A stretch of 64,000 nucleotides of DNA from Armatimonadota bacterium (GTDB lineage: Bacteria; Armatimonadota; SYMT01), in assembly GCA_041690135.1 (NCBI GenBank), contig JAWLHY010000015.1, forward strand, positions 128,001 through 192,000, given 5' to 3'. The number at the start of each line of letters is the position of its first letter. Positions within the stretch are counted from its first letter, which is position 1. A program made the position numbers and the translations under genes. The notes below the pieces were generated by a model. It was not told the origin of the DNA. It ran no database searches and worked only from the letters and a program-made list of their open reading frames with translations. Shown piece by piece: positions 18,622 to 27,934 of the stretch.

Positions 18622-18708
18622 GCCGCTAGGGGTGCCGGCAGGGACGTAAGCCGGCTGAGAAGACACCCTCGGAACCTGGCCCTGGTAATGCAGGCGTAGG
18701 GAAGCGGA
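18622..18708 (+). promoter_or_regulatory. TPP riboswitch aptamer
   Basis: ggggtg...gctgaga...accc..gaacctg...ggtaatgcaggcgtaggga; P1 ccgct/agcgg; upstream of thiG. Confidence 0.93.
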
Positions 18709-18744
18709 AGCATCGCAGTGTCGGACAGTCTTGTCCACAGGCAG

Positions 18745-18772
18745 AGCGCTTCCCCAGGGGAAGCGTTTTTTT
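18745..18772 (+). terminator. Riboswitch expression-platform terminator
   Basis: gcgcttccc/gggaagcgt hairpin followed by T7; aptamer 3' strand gggaagcg can pair alternatively with cgcttccc. Confidence 0.8.
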
Positions 18773-18786
18773 GTTTGGAGGCGACC

Positions 18787-19578
18787 ATGGTCGGCGGTCA
18801 GAGTGACGATGTCCTGGTCATTGCGGGAAAGGAGTTCCGGTCCCGCCTGATCATGGGGAGCGGCAAGTTCCCCGACCCGGAAACCATGAACCGGGCTTAC
18901 GAGGCGGCCGGCACGGAGATGATCACCGTCGCACTGCGCCGGCTCAACCTGGACGACCCGAACGAGAAGACTCTCCTCGATTACATCGACTGGTCCCGCT
19001 ACGCCATCCTGCCGAACACGGCGGGCGCGCGTACGGCCGAAGAGGCGATCCACACCGCACGGCTCGCGCGGGCGATGGGCCTCTCGGACTGGATCAAGCT
19101 GGAAGTGATCCCCGATCCCAAGTACCTGTTGCCGGACCCCATCGGCACCCTCGAGGCGGCGAAGGTCCTGGTGAAGGAAGGGTTTGTCGTCCTACCGTAC
19201 ATCAACGACGACCCCATTCTTGCCAAGCATCTGGAGGAGATCGGCTGCGCCACCGTAATGCCACTGGCGGCGCCCATCGGCTCCGGGCAGGGATTGGTGA
19301 ACTACAGCCAGATCCAGATCATCATCGAGCAGGCGAACGTGCCGGTGGTTGTGGACGCGGGGATCGGGGCGCCCTCGGATGCCGCCCTGGCGATGGAGAT
19401 CGGCAGCTCCGCCTGCCTGATCAATTCGGCCATTGCGCTGGCGAAAGACCCGGTGGGGATGGCAAAGGCCATGGCCATGGGGGTGGCGGCGGGCCGCGAG
19501 GCCTACCGCGCAGGCCGCATGGCCCGCAAGGCCTACGCCTCCGCAAGCAGTCCGTTGGAAGGAATTGTGGGTAGGTGA
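18787..19578 (+). CDS. thiG: Thiazole synthase
   Basis: [38 protein letters not shown]. Confidence 0.97.
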   Translation: MVGGQSDDVLVIAGKEFRSRLIMGSGKFPDPETMNRAYEAAGTEMITVALRRLNLDDPNEKTLLDYIDWSRYAILPNTAGARTAEEAIHTARLARAMGLSDWIKLEVIPDPKYLLPDPIGTLEAAKVLVKEGFVVLPYINDDPILAKHLEEIGCATVMPLAAPIGSGQGLVNYSQIQIIIEQANVPVVVDAGIGAPSDAALAMEIGSSACLINSAIALAKDPVGMAKAMAMGVAAGREAYRAGRMARKAYASASSPLEGIVGR

Positions 19579-20246
19579 TGACGAGTTACGATCCCCGGCG
19601 CTGGCCGGAAAAGGTCTTGATGCTGGTCGTCGATCCGGGCCAGTGCGGCGACCGGAGCCTCTCCGAAGTGGTGGAGAAGGCGATCGACGGCGGAGTGAAC
19701 GTGGTCCAGCTCCGGGCCCCCGGCCTGCCGGCGGGCGAGCTGCTCTCCCTGGCCCGCCGTCTCCGCGGCATCTGCGCGCATCGCTCGCTCCTGGTGGTGA
19801 ACGACCGCCTCGACGTGGCGGTCCTTAGTGGCGCCGACGGAGTGCATCTGCCGGAGAACGGCCTTCCGGTCTCCGCGGCCCGGCAACTGCTGCCGCCCTC
19901 CATCCGGGTGGGGCGCTCCGTTCACTCGATCAACGCCGCCCGCCAGGCCGAGTCGGACGGCGCCGATTACGTGGTGCTGGGGACCATCTTCGCCAGCCCG
20001 ACGCATCCCGACCAGCAGCCCGCCGGCATCGAATTGGTGAGCAACGTGACGCGCCGCCTCAAGATCCCCGTGGTGGCGATCGGCGGCATCACCCCCGAAA
20101 ACGCCGACGCCTGCTGGAGCGCGGGCGCCACGGGCATCGCCGTCATTTCCAGCATCCTGAAGGCGGAGGACCCCCAGGCGGCGGCCCAGCGCCTGGCGCC
20201 CGCCTGCGAGGAGCGGGAGAAGGATGGGGAGGGAGCATGCGCCTGA
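19575..20246 (+). CDS. thiE: Thiamine-phosphate synthase (ThiE/TenI family)
   Basis: [30 protein letters not shown]. Confidence 0.85.
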   Translation: MMTSYDPRRWPEKVLMLVVDPGQCGDRSLSEVVEKAIDGGVNVVQLRAPGLPAGELLSLARRLRGICAHRSLLVVNDRLDVAVLSGADGVHLPENGLPVSAARQLLPPSIRVGRSVHSINAARQAESDGADYVVLGTIFASPTHPDQQPAGIELVSNVTRRLKIPVVAIGGITPENADACWSAGATGIAVISSILKAEDPQAAAQRLAPACEEREKDGEGACA

Positions 20247-20434
20247 AGGTCAACGGCCAGGAGCGGGAGTTCGAGAACATCGGCACCGTCGAGGACCTGA
20301 TCGCCACTCTCGGCATTCACCGCATGATCGTCGTGGAACATAACGGCACGATCTTGAAGCGCGACCGGTACGCCACGTCGCGCCTCAATGAGGGCGACGT
20401 CCTCGAGATCGTCCACATGGTGGGCGGCGGCTAG
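20237..20434 (+). CDS. thiS: Sulfur carrier protein ThiS
   Basis: 65 aa, GDVLEIVHMVGGG C-terminus. Confidence 0.95.
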   Translation: MRLKVNGQEREFENIGTVEDLIATLGIHRMIVVEHNGTILKRDRYATSRLNEGDVLEIVHMVGGG

Positions 20435-20443
20435 CGCGCTGTG

Positions 20444-21553
20444 ATGGCCCATCCCGATGTCATCGTAGTCGGCGGCGGCGTGGTGGGCTGCGCCGTGACC
20501 TATTTCCTGGCGGCGGCCGGATACCGCGTCGCGCTCCTCGAGCGCGGAGAACTCGCCTCCCAGGCTTCCGGGGCGGCGGCCGGCATGCTCGCGCCGATCT
20601 GCGAGGCGACGGACGACGGGCCGTTCTTCGAACTCGGGGTCCGCAGCCTGGCGATGTTCCCCGACCTGGCGCCGGTGCTGCGCGAGCGCTCGGGGATCGA
20701 TCCCCAGTTCGTGCCTTCCGGAATTCTGCGGGTAGCCGCATCAGAGGAAGAGGCGGACCATCTCCGGGAGCAGGCGGCTCGCCTTAGCGGCTACGGGCTG
20801 GAGTGGCTGGACGCGGAGGCGGCGCGCGAGCGGGAGCCACTGCTGGCCCCCGATCTCCGGGGCGCGCTCTGGTCACCCCGAGAAGCGCATGTCTACAGCC
20901 CGCTGATGACGCGGGCGTACGCCGGAGCCGCCGCGGCGCTCGGCGCCTCCGTGGAGATGGGCGTACCGGTGATAGAGTTGCTGCGGCAGGGGGAGCGGGT
21001 ACGAGGCATCCAAACCCCGAGCGGTCCCCGGGAAGCCGGTCTTGTGATCCTTTGCACCGGTGCCTGGACCCGCTTTTGCACGGCCTGGCTGGACGTGGCG
21101 GTGCCGATCGAGCCGGTGCGCGGACAGATCCTGGCGCTGGAGGCCCCGCGGCCCGCACCGAGATCCATCGTGTGGGGAGAAGGGGCTTACCTCGTTCCCA
21201 AGCTGGCCGGCCAGGTCATCGTGGGTGCGACCCAGGAACAGGCGGGGTTCGATTGTCGAACTACCGCCGCAGGGGTGGCGCGTCTGCTTTCGGCGGCCCC
21301 TCGCTACCTGCCCGCCCTGGCGAAAAGCACGTTCCTGCATGCCTGGGCCGGGCTCCGGCCGGACACGCCGGATCATCTCCCGCTGCTCGGTCCGTTGCCG
21401 GGCGTGGAGGGCCTGCTGCTGGCCGCGGGGCACTTCCGCAACGGGGTATTGCTCAGTCCGATCACGGGAGAGATCATGCAGCGACTGGTCTCTGCCGGCA
21501 GCCTGCCCGCGGAAGCGGAACCTTTCCACCCGAAACGATTGATCGGCGTTTAG
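20444..21553 (+). CDS. thiO: Glycine oxidase
   Basis: GGGVVG FAD motif, ASGAAAGML, PVRGQ, WAGLRP, GHFRNGVLLSP. Confidence 0.93.
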   Translation: MAHPDVIVVGGGVVGCAVTYFLAAAGYRVALLERGELASQASGAAAGMLAPICEATDDGPFFELGVRSLAMFPDLAPVLRERSGIDPQFVPSGILRVAASEEEADHLREQAARLSGYGLEWLDAEAAREREPLLAPDLRGALWSPREAHVYSPLMTRAYAGAAAALGASVEMGVPVIELLRQGERVRGIQTPSGPREAGLVILCTGAWTRFCTAWLDVAVPIEPVRGQILALEAPRPAPRSIVWGEGAYLVPKLAGQVIVGATQEQAGFDCRTTAAGVARLLSAAPRYLPALAKSTFLHAWAGLRPDTPDHLPLLGPLPGVEGLLLAAGHFRNGVLLSPITGEIMQRLVSAGSLPAEAEPFHPKRLIGV

Positions 21554-21565
21554 GAGGTGCCTGCA

Positions 21566-21790
21566 TCCCGACGCATGCGCCGGGTAAGAGTCAAGGGATC
21601 GTCGTGGCGAATGGAATGCGATCCAGGTGCATGCCCGGAGTCCCCGAGATATCGGGGCTTTGCAGTACGATATTGGCATCCACCTGGCCCCAGTCGGCTA
21701 CCGGCGTGGGACCCAGAAGCAGGTTCTTTGCCGAGGGATACCTCGGACTCCGGGCAAGGATCAAGCTGTTGTCCCGTTTATCAAGATGGA
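21566..21790 (+). repeat. MITE/REP-like element family A, copy 2 (12-bp inverted repeats at 21632-21643 and 21745-21756)
   Basis: tgcccggagtcc...ggactccgggca enclosing the ccccga-gata-tcgggg hairpin. Confidence 0.75.
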
Positions 21791-21982
21791 GCTATGGTCC
21801 CTGCCAGGGTTCCCTACCGCCTGGGGCCGGAGCGCAACCACAGGCAACCCACTGATCCAGTTGGTACTATCGGTGGGCGGGACGCCCGCGCCACGTTACT
21901 CGCAACGGACGCAGGATCGAGGCGCCCGCAAGGCGAACAGTACTCTACAATCCCGCCGAGGGGATCCGGAGGAGAAATCCGC

Positions 21983-22468
21983 TTGCCGTCTCAGCCCTGC
22001 ACCAATCATCCGAACGAGATGACCTTCATCCGGTGCGGACGGTGCGACAAGCCGTTTTGCGTGCGGTGCCTGGTGGATACGCCGGTCGGCAAGAAGTGCC
22101 GGGCGTGCGCCGAGAACCGCACGCACCTGACCGAGTACACCCCCGGCAGCGTGCTGGCCGTGCTGGTGGCGACCTTGATTACGGCGTTGGTCGGCGCGTG
22201 GCTCATCAAGGAGCTGCGGATCCTGCTCCTGGCCGCGCCGTACGGCTGGATAGTGGGAGAGGTGGCCCTTCGGGCGGGGAAGCGCAGTAGAAGCACGGCG
22301 GTCCAGGTAGCGACCGGGCTCGGAACCTTGCTCGGTGGCCTGCTTGGAATGGGATACACGGCAGCCGGGGAAATGGCTCCCGCGGGCTGGCACTTTCCCG
22401 GGCTCTGGGGCCTGGCGATGGTCATTTTGGGATGTATGATCGCCGTCTCGCGAGTCCGGCATCTTTGA
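21983..22468 (+). CDS. B-box-type zinc-finger membrane protein
   Basis: TTG start after GGAGGAG; CTNHP...CGRCDKPFCVRC...CRAC; about 4 TM helices. Confidence 0.75.
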   Translation: MPSQPCTNHPNEMTFIRCGRCDKPFCVRCLVDTPVGKKCRACAENRTHLTEYTPGSVLAVLVATLITALVGAWLIKELRILLLAAPYGWIVGEVALRAGKRSRSTAVQVATGLGTLLGGLLGMGYTAAGEMAPAGWHFPGLWGLAMVILGCMIAVSRVRHL

Positions 22469-22483
22469 AACGGTTTGGTGGCA

Positions 22484-23200
22484 ATGGCACTACAGATTGA
22501 CGCAATACTGGAACTCCAGTCCCTCGATACGGAGATCGGAAAGCTGCAGCAAGAGCAGGGAGCCCTGGATCGCGGCGACCGGGTCGAGCGGGCTCTGGCG
22601 ATCCGGCAGGCCCGGCTTACCCAGGCGGAACGCCGTTACCAGGGGCTACAGATCGAGCAGCGCAGCGCGGAGCTGGAGTTGAAGGGACTGGAAGAGAAGA
22701 AGCACGAGGAGTCCCAGCGCCTTTACAGCGGCAAGATCACCGCACCCCGCGAGCTGCAGTCGATCGAGATGGAGATCGCGATGCTGGAGCGCCAGCGGCA
22801 GCGGCTGGACGAGAGCATTCTGAAGCGGATGGATGAGATCGAGGCGGCCCGTAAGGCGGTCGAGACCGCGAGCGCCGCCGTCGACGAAGCCCAGAAGGCG
22901 CTCAAGATCGTCCGTCGCCGGTACGAGAAGGAAGCGGCCCGCGTCGAAGGCGAGCTCGGGAAGCTCCTCCCGCGGCGGGACCGCATTGCGAAGTCTCTCG
23001 ATCCCGAAGTGCTGCAGCGCTACGATTCGATCCGCCGGCGGCAGCACAACATCGGCGCGGTCCGGATCGAGAACCTGGCCTGCGGCGGCTGCCGGATGAA
23101 GGTCGGCGGAGCACTCATGCGACGCGTGGTGGCCGGCGAGCAATACGTTTACTGCGAAAGCTGCAGCCGCTTCCTCTTCCCGCCCCTGGAAGAGGGCTAG
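22484..23200 (+). CDS. Coiled-coil plus C4 zinc-ribbon protein (DUF164/CT398 family)
   Basis: LQSLD...RLYSG...RELQS; CGGC...CESCSRFL. Confidence 0.9.
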   Translation: MALQIDAILELQSLDTEIGKLQQEQGALDRGDRVERALAIRQARLTQAERRYQGLQIEQRSAELELKGLEEKKHEESQRLYSGKITAPRELQSIEMEIAMLERQRQRLDESILKRMDEIEAARKAVETASAAVDEAQKALKIVRRRYEKEAARVEGELGKLLPRRDRIAKSLDPEVLQRYDSIRRRQHNIGAVRIENLACGGCRMKVGGALMRRVVAGEQYVYCESCSRFLFPPLEEG

Positions 23201-23212
23201 TTTTCACGTAAG

Positions 23213-23644
23213 GTGCCGCCGGAAATGCGACTGGAAGAACAGGCGCTGCAGAGATGTGACGAGACGGGCGACGGGTTCCCACCCGCGCCCGTTCGCCGTC
23301 GGAGACGCTCTCGCCGACCCGAGCCAGGTTCCCTTGGGCAGCAATATCTTGCGGAGACCCGTCGGAAACGCGCAACGGCCTTCCTGCTCATCGTGGCTAC
23401 CCTGGCGGCCTGCGCACTGTTCCTCTTCCGCCCGGGCTTCCAGTCGATCTCCCAGGCATCGCAAGCGGGAAGGGCGCCGGGAGCACGGTCCCAGCAGGAC
23501 TGGCTGCAGCAACCCGGGGTCCGCGAAGCCGTGATGCGCGCGCTCCAGGGCCGCACCGGCAGCCTTCCGGAGAGCGGGGGAGCGGTGATCCACGATGGGA
23601 CCACCGGCCGGAAGCTGGAAATCAAGACCCCGCAGGGGGACTAG
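23213..23644 (+). CDS. Hypothetical single-pass membrane protein
   Basis: Basic stretch, then TM segment ATAFLLIVATLAACALFLF; GC3-rich; start uncertain. Confidence 0.5.
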   Translation: MPPEMRLEEQALQRCDETGDGFPPAPVRRRRRSRRPEPGSLGQQYLAETRRKRATAFLLIVATLAACALFLFRPGFQSISQASQAGRAPGARSQQDWLQQPGVREAVMRALQGRTGSLPESGGAVIHDGTTGRKLEIKTPQGD

Positions 23645-23708
23645 GATCAGGATAAAGATAAAGAGGGCCGGGGTGGATTAGGACTAGGATTACGATTAGG
23701 ATGAGGAC
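23642..23708 (+). repeat. AGGATn hexamer tract (family B related)
   Basis: aggatcaggataaagataaag...ggattaggactaggattacgattaggatgagg; similar tracts at 24991-25021 and, reversed, 27843-27927. Confidence 0.7.
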
Positions 23709-23922
23709 GTCCGTCCCTGCGGAGTTATTTCCGCGCACCCTTTAGCCGCACCCTGGCACGGGTCGCGACCCTGAACGGTCGCGCTCTGGTACCGCACGCT
23801 GCCCACCTCCGTGGGCGCGCGGTTCGTATTCAAAGCGGCGGCAGATCCTCCAGGTAGCTCCTGCTGTGAAAATAGACCCTCGCCGCCGCCCATTTTCATT
23901 AATGGGGGTGAGCCGTAGGCTC

Positions 23923-24981
23923 ATGATCGCTGAACACCTGAACACCGTGCCTTCTGTCTACCCCCTCCGTGAATCGATGATTGGCCGGGTGGGACTGGTG
24001 GTTCCCGCCTGGTTCGCGCCCGACACCTCACCCCAGTTAGCCCGGGAGTTGCTGCACGCCACTTTGGGCGATCTGCCGTCTTGCCTGGCGCCGGCGGATG
24101 CACTGGTGGTGGTGGATGGCTCCCCGGTTGCCGCCGCGGCCGCGCGTGCGGTGCTGGCCGGTCTCTCGGCGGGCGGCGCTCCCCCGTTCCGGATCCATGA
24201 ACTGCCGGAGAACCAGGGGAAGGGCGCCGCGCTCGCCCTCGGCATCCGGCTCCTGCTGGAGGAGCGGCCGCAGCTCACCTGGATCGCCATCCGGGATGCC
24301 GACGGCGACCACTTCCTGGACGACCTGCCCCACCTCTACCGCGCCGGAGAGCAGGTCCGCGAGGCGTACCCGGACCGGCCCGTGTGGGTCGTGGGGCGGC
24401 GGAGCAGCGTCCACGCCCCCCTGGGTTGGATCCGCGGCGAATACGAGCTGCTGTTGAACGAAGTGATCGTGGAGGCGGTCGCCTTCGCCCGCGCCCGCGC
24501 CGGCCGCGTGTGGGATACCCGGTTCCTCATCGATCGCGTGCCCGACCTGCAGAGCGGCTATAAGCTCTACACCGCGGAGGCGGCGCGGCTCAGCCTAAAG
24601 GCGATCGCGACAGAGGCAACAGCTTACCCGGACCTGGACCTGGGTCGGACCGGAATGGAGATCGTGCCGTTCGTCGCCCTCGCCCTGAACGGCGGCATCT
24701 GTGTGGAAGGGGAGCGCAAGACCTTCTTCGACCAGCCGGTCTCCAGCTACGGCCGCGCGGACCGTGCCGCGTTCTACGGCTCCAAGCTCGCCTGGGCGCT
24801 CCTCAAGTGCGAGCTTCCGGCGGAGGCCTCCGCCCGCCTCCTGGACGGCGCCCTGGCCCGGCGTCCGCTCTTCACCGATCCCGCCGGCCGCGAAGAGCTC
24901 CTCCGCTTCCGGGAGGCGGTCCTCCAGCGGCTCGATCCCGGTTACGACGCCACACCGCCCCTCACCCGCCTCTACCTCTAG
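23923..24981 (+). CDS. Glycosyltransferase family 2
   Basis: VVPAW, VVVDGS, NQGKGAAL, DADGDH (DxD), DLQSGYK; start uncertain. Confidence 0.8.
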   Translation: MIAEHLNTVPSVYPLRESMIGRVGLVVPAWFAPDTSPQLARELLHATLGDLPSCLAPADALVVVDGSPVAAAAARAVLAGLSAGGAPPFRIHELPENQGKGAALALGIRLLLEERPQLTWIAIRDADGDHFLDDLPHLYRAGEQVREAYPDRPVWVVGRRSSVHAPLGWIRGEYELLLNEVIVEAVAFARARAGRVWDTRFLIDRVPDLQSGYKLYTAEAARLSLKAIATEATAYPDLDLGRTGMEIVPFVALALNGGICVEGERKTFFDQPVSSYGRADRAAFYGSKLAWALLKCELPAEASARLLDGALARRPLFTDPAGREELLRFREAVLQRLDPGYDATPPLTRLYL

Positions 24982-25048
24982 CCTGAGGCCGATTACGATA
25001 AGGATTACGATGAGGATCAGGAAGGGCGGGGTGGGGAGGCCGAGGTGG

Positions 25049-25625
25049 GAGTTCGTTTCGTAGTTTTGGGCGCGCATTCTCGACACAGAGGGCCACAGAG
25101 AGGACGATAGGGGACACAGACTCCGAAAGGGACTTTGACACGGATAGCACGGATGGAACGGATCGACACGGCAGAGTCGAAGGGGAGGAGTTCGTTTCGC
25201 AGATCTGGCGCAGGTTCTTGACACCGAGAGGCGAAAGGGTCGGCGTCACGACGGAGCTCACGGAGCGCACAGAGAGGGTTGGGGCAGGCGGTTTCGACGG
25301 GAGTCGGGACCGCCTGCCCGTTTGTGTGGGGGTTTGCGAGATGGAGTTGTCAAAGTTCCGCCCTTATGCGGAGGGGCGGCCGGACTTCGCCGGGACCGGA
25401 GAAGGTGAAGGTAGCGAAAAGAGGGCTACGTCCAGGAATTGAGCGGGCTTGCGGCGACCCTGGGCGAGCCGAAGATCACGGCATTGCGCCCCGGGTGGTT
25501 CCCCGTGTTGATCCCGGCAAAGGAATGCCGGGCTGTACACGCGAAACCCGCCGCTGCGGGTTGGGGTGCGGCGGAGTCACGAAGGGTGCTGGGGGTTCGC
25601 AGGGGAGAGTTCGTTTCGCAGTTTT
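25049..25625 (-). repeat. Three copies of CTRCGAAACGAACTC
   Basis: Plus-strand gagttcgtttcgYag at 25049, 25188 and 25607. Confidence 0.8.
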
Positions 25626-26574
25626 TCGGTAGGGCCGGAGAGACCTGGGGAGATGCGGCGATGGCAGGCTCGGCCGGCGGGGGTAGTGTGCGGCTGGGCC
25701 TCCTGCGTTCCGCCGGAGAGGAGGGGGACTCCTTTTCGGGAGCCGCATTGTCCGGCAGGTGCGCCTGGGTAGGGCGGACGTCTTTGAGGAGGCGGTGGAG
25801 GCGGGCGAGCTGGCGGCCGAGGTGCGCCTCGTAGCGGGTGAGCTTCTCCAGTTCGTCGGCGCCGGGGAGTTGCGCTACCTCCAGCTGATCGCGGAGCCGG
25901 GTTTCGACGCGGTGGATCTCCAGGGAGAGCTGCGCCGCTTCCCGCTCCTGGTGGCGGTGGAGGGCGTGGAAGAGATCTTCCAGCGGCATCTCGCAACGGT
26001 CGGCCAGGTCACGGAGCGCCCGGCGAAGGGTGGCGGCGGTGCCGTGAAAGCGGTCGTCACCCCGGAGCGGCTGGAGGTGGGCTTCCATGCGGTCCCAGTT
26101 AGCGCCGGAGAGGGTGCGATGGACCGCTTCGTGGGCCCGGCAGATCACCTGCCAGTGCTGCGCCTCGGTCAAGGGGTCCGTGTCGGGGAGATCCCGGAGG
26201 GAGCGCAGCCAATCGAGATGCTCCAACCGCTCGGCGACGCACTCCTTCGCGTCCGCCAGCGTGAGTTTCCGGCGGCTCACCGTATCCTCCACGCACGGGC
26301 TTTCCGCTTCTTCGTGGAGCTTGCGACGGCGGAGGTTGACGGCGGTCACCTCGGCACGGGCACAGCGAGCGAGGCGCCAGAGCACGGAGGCGATCTGCTC
26401 GCCGAGGGTGTGGTCGAGCACGCCGACCGCCTGGAGATCGGCGAGAATTCCCTGCCGATGCCGCTCCCAGTCTTCCTGAGTCTCGAGGTCGTCGACGACG
26501 ACACGCTCGGAGAGTAGCCCATGCTTGAGGGCGTTCATGGAAGAGCGTTGTTTACCGGTTTCGGTTTTGGACAT
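25426..26574 (-). CDS. Hypothetical protein of the 'GKxRSSxNALKHGL ... RYE' type
   Basis: AAGGAG RBS; GKQRSSMNALKHGL, WRLAR, LTRYEAHLGRQL; disordered tail containing NCETNS. Confidence 0.8.
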   Translation of the reverse strand: MSKTETGKQRSSMNALKHGLLSERVVVDDLETQEDWERHRQGILADLQAVGVLDHTLGEQIASVLWRLARCARAEVTAVNLRRRKLHEEAESPCVEDTVSRRKLTLADAKECVAERLEHLDWLRSLRDLPDTDPLTEAQHWQVICRAHEAVHRTLSGANWDRMEAHLQPLRGDDRFHGTAATLRRALRDLADRCEMPLEDLFHALHRHQEREAAQLSLEIHRVETRLRDQLEVAQLPGADELEKLTRYEAHLGRQLARLHRLLKDVRPTQAHLPDNAAPEKESPSSPAERRRPSRTLPPPAEPAIAASPQVSPALPKNCETNSPLRTPSTLRDSAAPQPAAAGFACTARHSFAGINTGNHPGRNAVIFGSPRVAASPLNSWT

Positions 26575-26640
26575 GAACTTACTCCTTCGGAGCCACAGAT
26601 TTCACAGATTGGAAGACCGGCTGACTGACTTCTGTATTAC

Positions 26641-26670
26641 TAGTATACGCGGGTGGCTGTATACTATCAA
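26641..26670 (-). promoter_or_regulatory. Sigma70 promoter with overlapping palindromic operator candidate
   Basis: Minus strand TTGATA-17 bp-TATACT; TAGTATAC-N10-GTATACTA; AT-rich upstream tract. Confidence 0.7.
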
Positions 26671-27144
26671 GCTTTAGTTTGTATTTTTAGGTAGGGCGTT
26701 TTGCACAGCCAAGCGGGGAGAGGCAGGCGTGGGGAGAGCGGTCCGGGGAAGAATGCCGGGCGCGGGGGAGTGGAGGGGGAGTTGCGACCTGCGAGAGTAC
26801 GGGGCCGGAGGTGCTGACCAGCGTGACGTCGCCTGCGGGAAGAGAGACGATTCTGAAGTCATCGCCTCCGGTGGCGGATGAGGGGCTGGTGATCGCGTGC
26901 CCGGTTCACTCACTCTCAGTGAGTCGTGTGGGATCCTATCCGTGCCGGTCGGAAGTGCAGTAACCCCATGGCCGGCATTCTCCAGGCTCGTCCGGATGCC
27001 GGCAGCACTGGAGCGGGGTCCCAGGGTCGGATCTCGCCCAACCACAAGGATGTTAGCCATCGTAGATCGATCCCATACGCGTCCAAAGCGGTAACTGGAC
27101 GGATGAAGCCCGGCCAGTTGCCTCCTTCAGGCGATTGAACCAGC

Positions 27145-27295
27145 GGGTTGGTTCGGTGACATCAGGGGCTCTGCCGGCGAGGAGGCGTGAGGGAGTTCGG
27201 TGCCCCGATATCTCGGGGACTCCGGGGCATGGCGCAGGCTTCTGTGCGCGTTGGCGCCGTCAGGTTCAGGTTCCTGGTCTGGTTGGGGCCCATTG
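27145..27295 (-). repeat. Family A-related element, left copy
   Basis: gtgccccgatatctcggggactccggg at 27200-27226 is identical to 27731-27757; flanks also align. Confidence 0.75.
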
Positions 27296-27398
27296 GGTGG
27301 GTCCAACCAGCAGGGAACGTGCTGCGTTCACCGGGAGGGAGGAACCTGGCTAATAGGGGCGTGTCTGGCCGGTAAGCGCTGCCTAGGGAGAGAACCTG

Positions 27399-27623
27399 AT
27401 GAAGACGGATCGAACGACAAAGCTCTTACTGCTCGCGATTGCCTCTGCCCTGTGGGTGCAGATCCTGCGACCCGCCTTTGCACCCACACCCGCCACGGCC
27501 GAGGCGGGCCCGATACAGGTTGACATCGTCCGGGTGAAAGGTCAGGATCTGGTCAGCACGGTGGTCCCCGTGGATGGAAGTTCCATCTCCGTGTGGCCTC
27601 TCAAGGTCAAAGTAGAGAATTGA
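27399..27623 (+). CDS. Small secreted/membrane-anchored hypothetical protein
   Basis: GGAG RBS; MKTDRTTKLLLLAIASALWVQILRP signal-like N-terminus; 74 aa. Confidence 0.7.
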   Translation: MKTDRTTKLLLLAIASALWVQILRPAFAPTPATAEAGPIQVDIVRVKGQDLVSTVVPVDGSSISVWPLKVKVEN

Positions 27624-27674
27624 GGCAGCGACAGCCATTCTCCGATGGCAGACGGGAGCGGAGTCGCCGCGTAG

Positions 27675-27825
27675 AGGTTGTGTTCCGTAACGCCAGAGAC
27701 GGAACCGGCGAGGGGGCAAGAGGAAGCTCAGTGCCCCGATATCTCGGGGACTCCGGGCAGAATGCAAGACGCAGCCCGAGTTGACGTTGGCGGCTTCGGT
27801 GGCCTGAGTTTGGTAAGTCTCACAA
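27675..27825 (-). repeat. Family A-related element, right copy
   Basis: Direct repeat of 27145-27295 with a 27-bp perfect core. Confidence 0.75.
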
Positions 27826-27860
27826 CCTCCTGAATGACGCCTCCTTATCCTTATCCAGTA

Positions 27861-27899
27861 AAGAGGGGGCCGTTCCGCCTCACGGAACAGCCCCTCTTT
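27861..27899 (-). terminator. Hairpin downstream of the M48 peptidase gene
   Basis: aagagggg.gc.cgttccg / cggaac.ag.cccctctt stem. Confidence 0.5.
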
Positions 27900-27934
27900 A
27901 TCCTTATCTTCCCGGGTCCTTATCTTCGCCGGGG

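Noticed and set aside
21557-21982. N-terminal extension of the zinc-finger ORF
   Set aside because: It reads through the family A repeat; a better start is the TTG at 21983 with a GGAGGAG RBS
26674-27060. Receiver-domain-like ORF (MANILVVGRD...LENAGHGV)
   Set aside because: Only the first ~35 aa look protein-like and the rest is low complexity; possibly a remnant but unsupported
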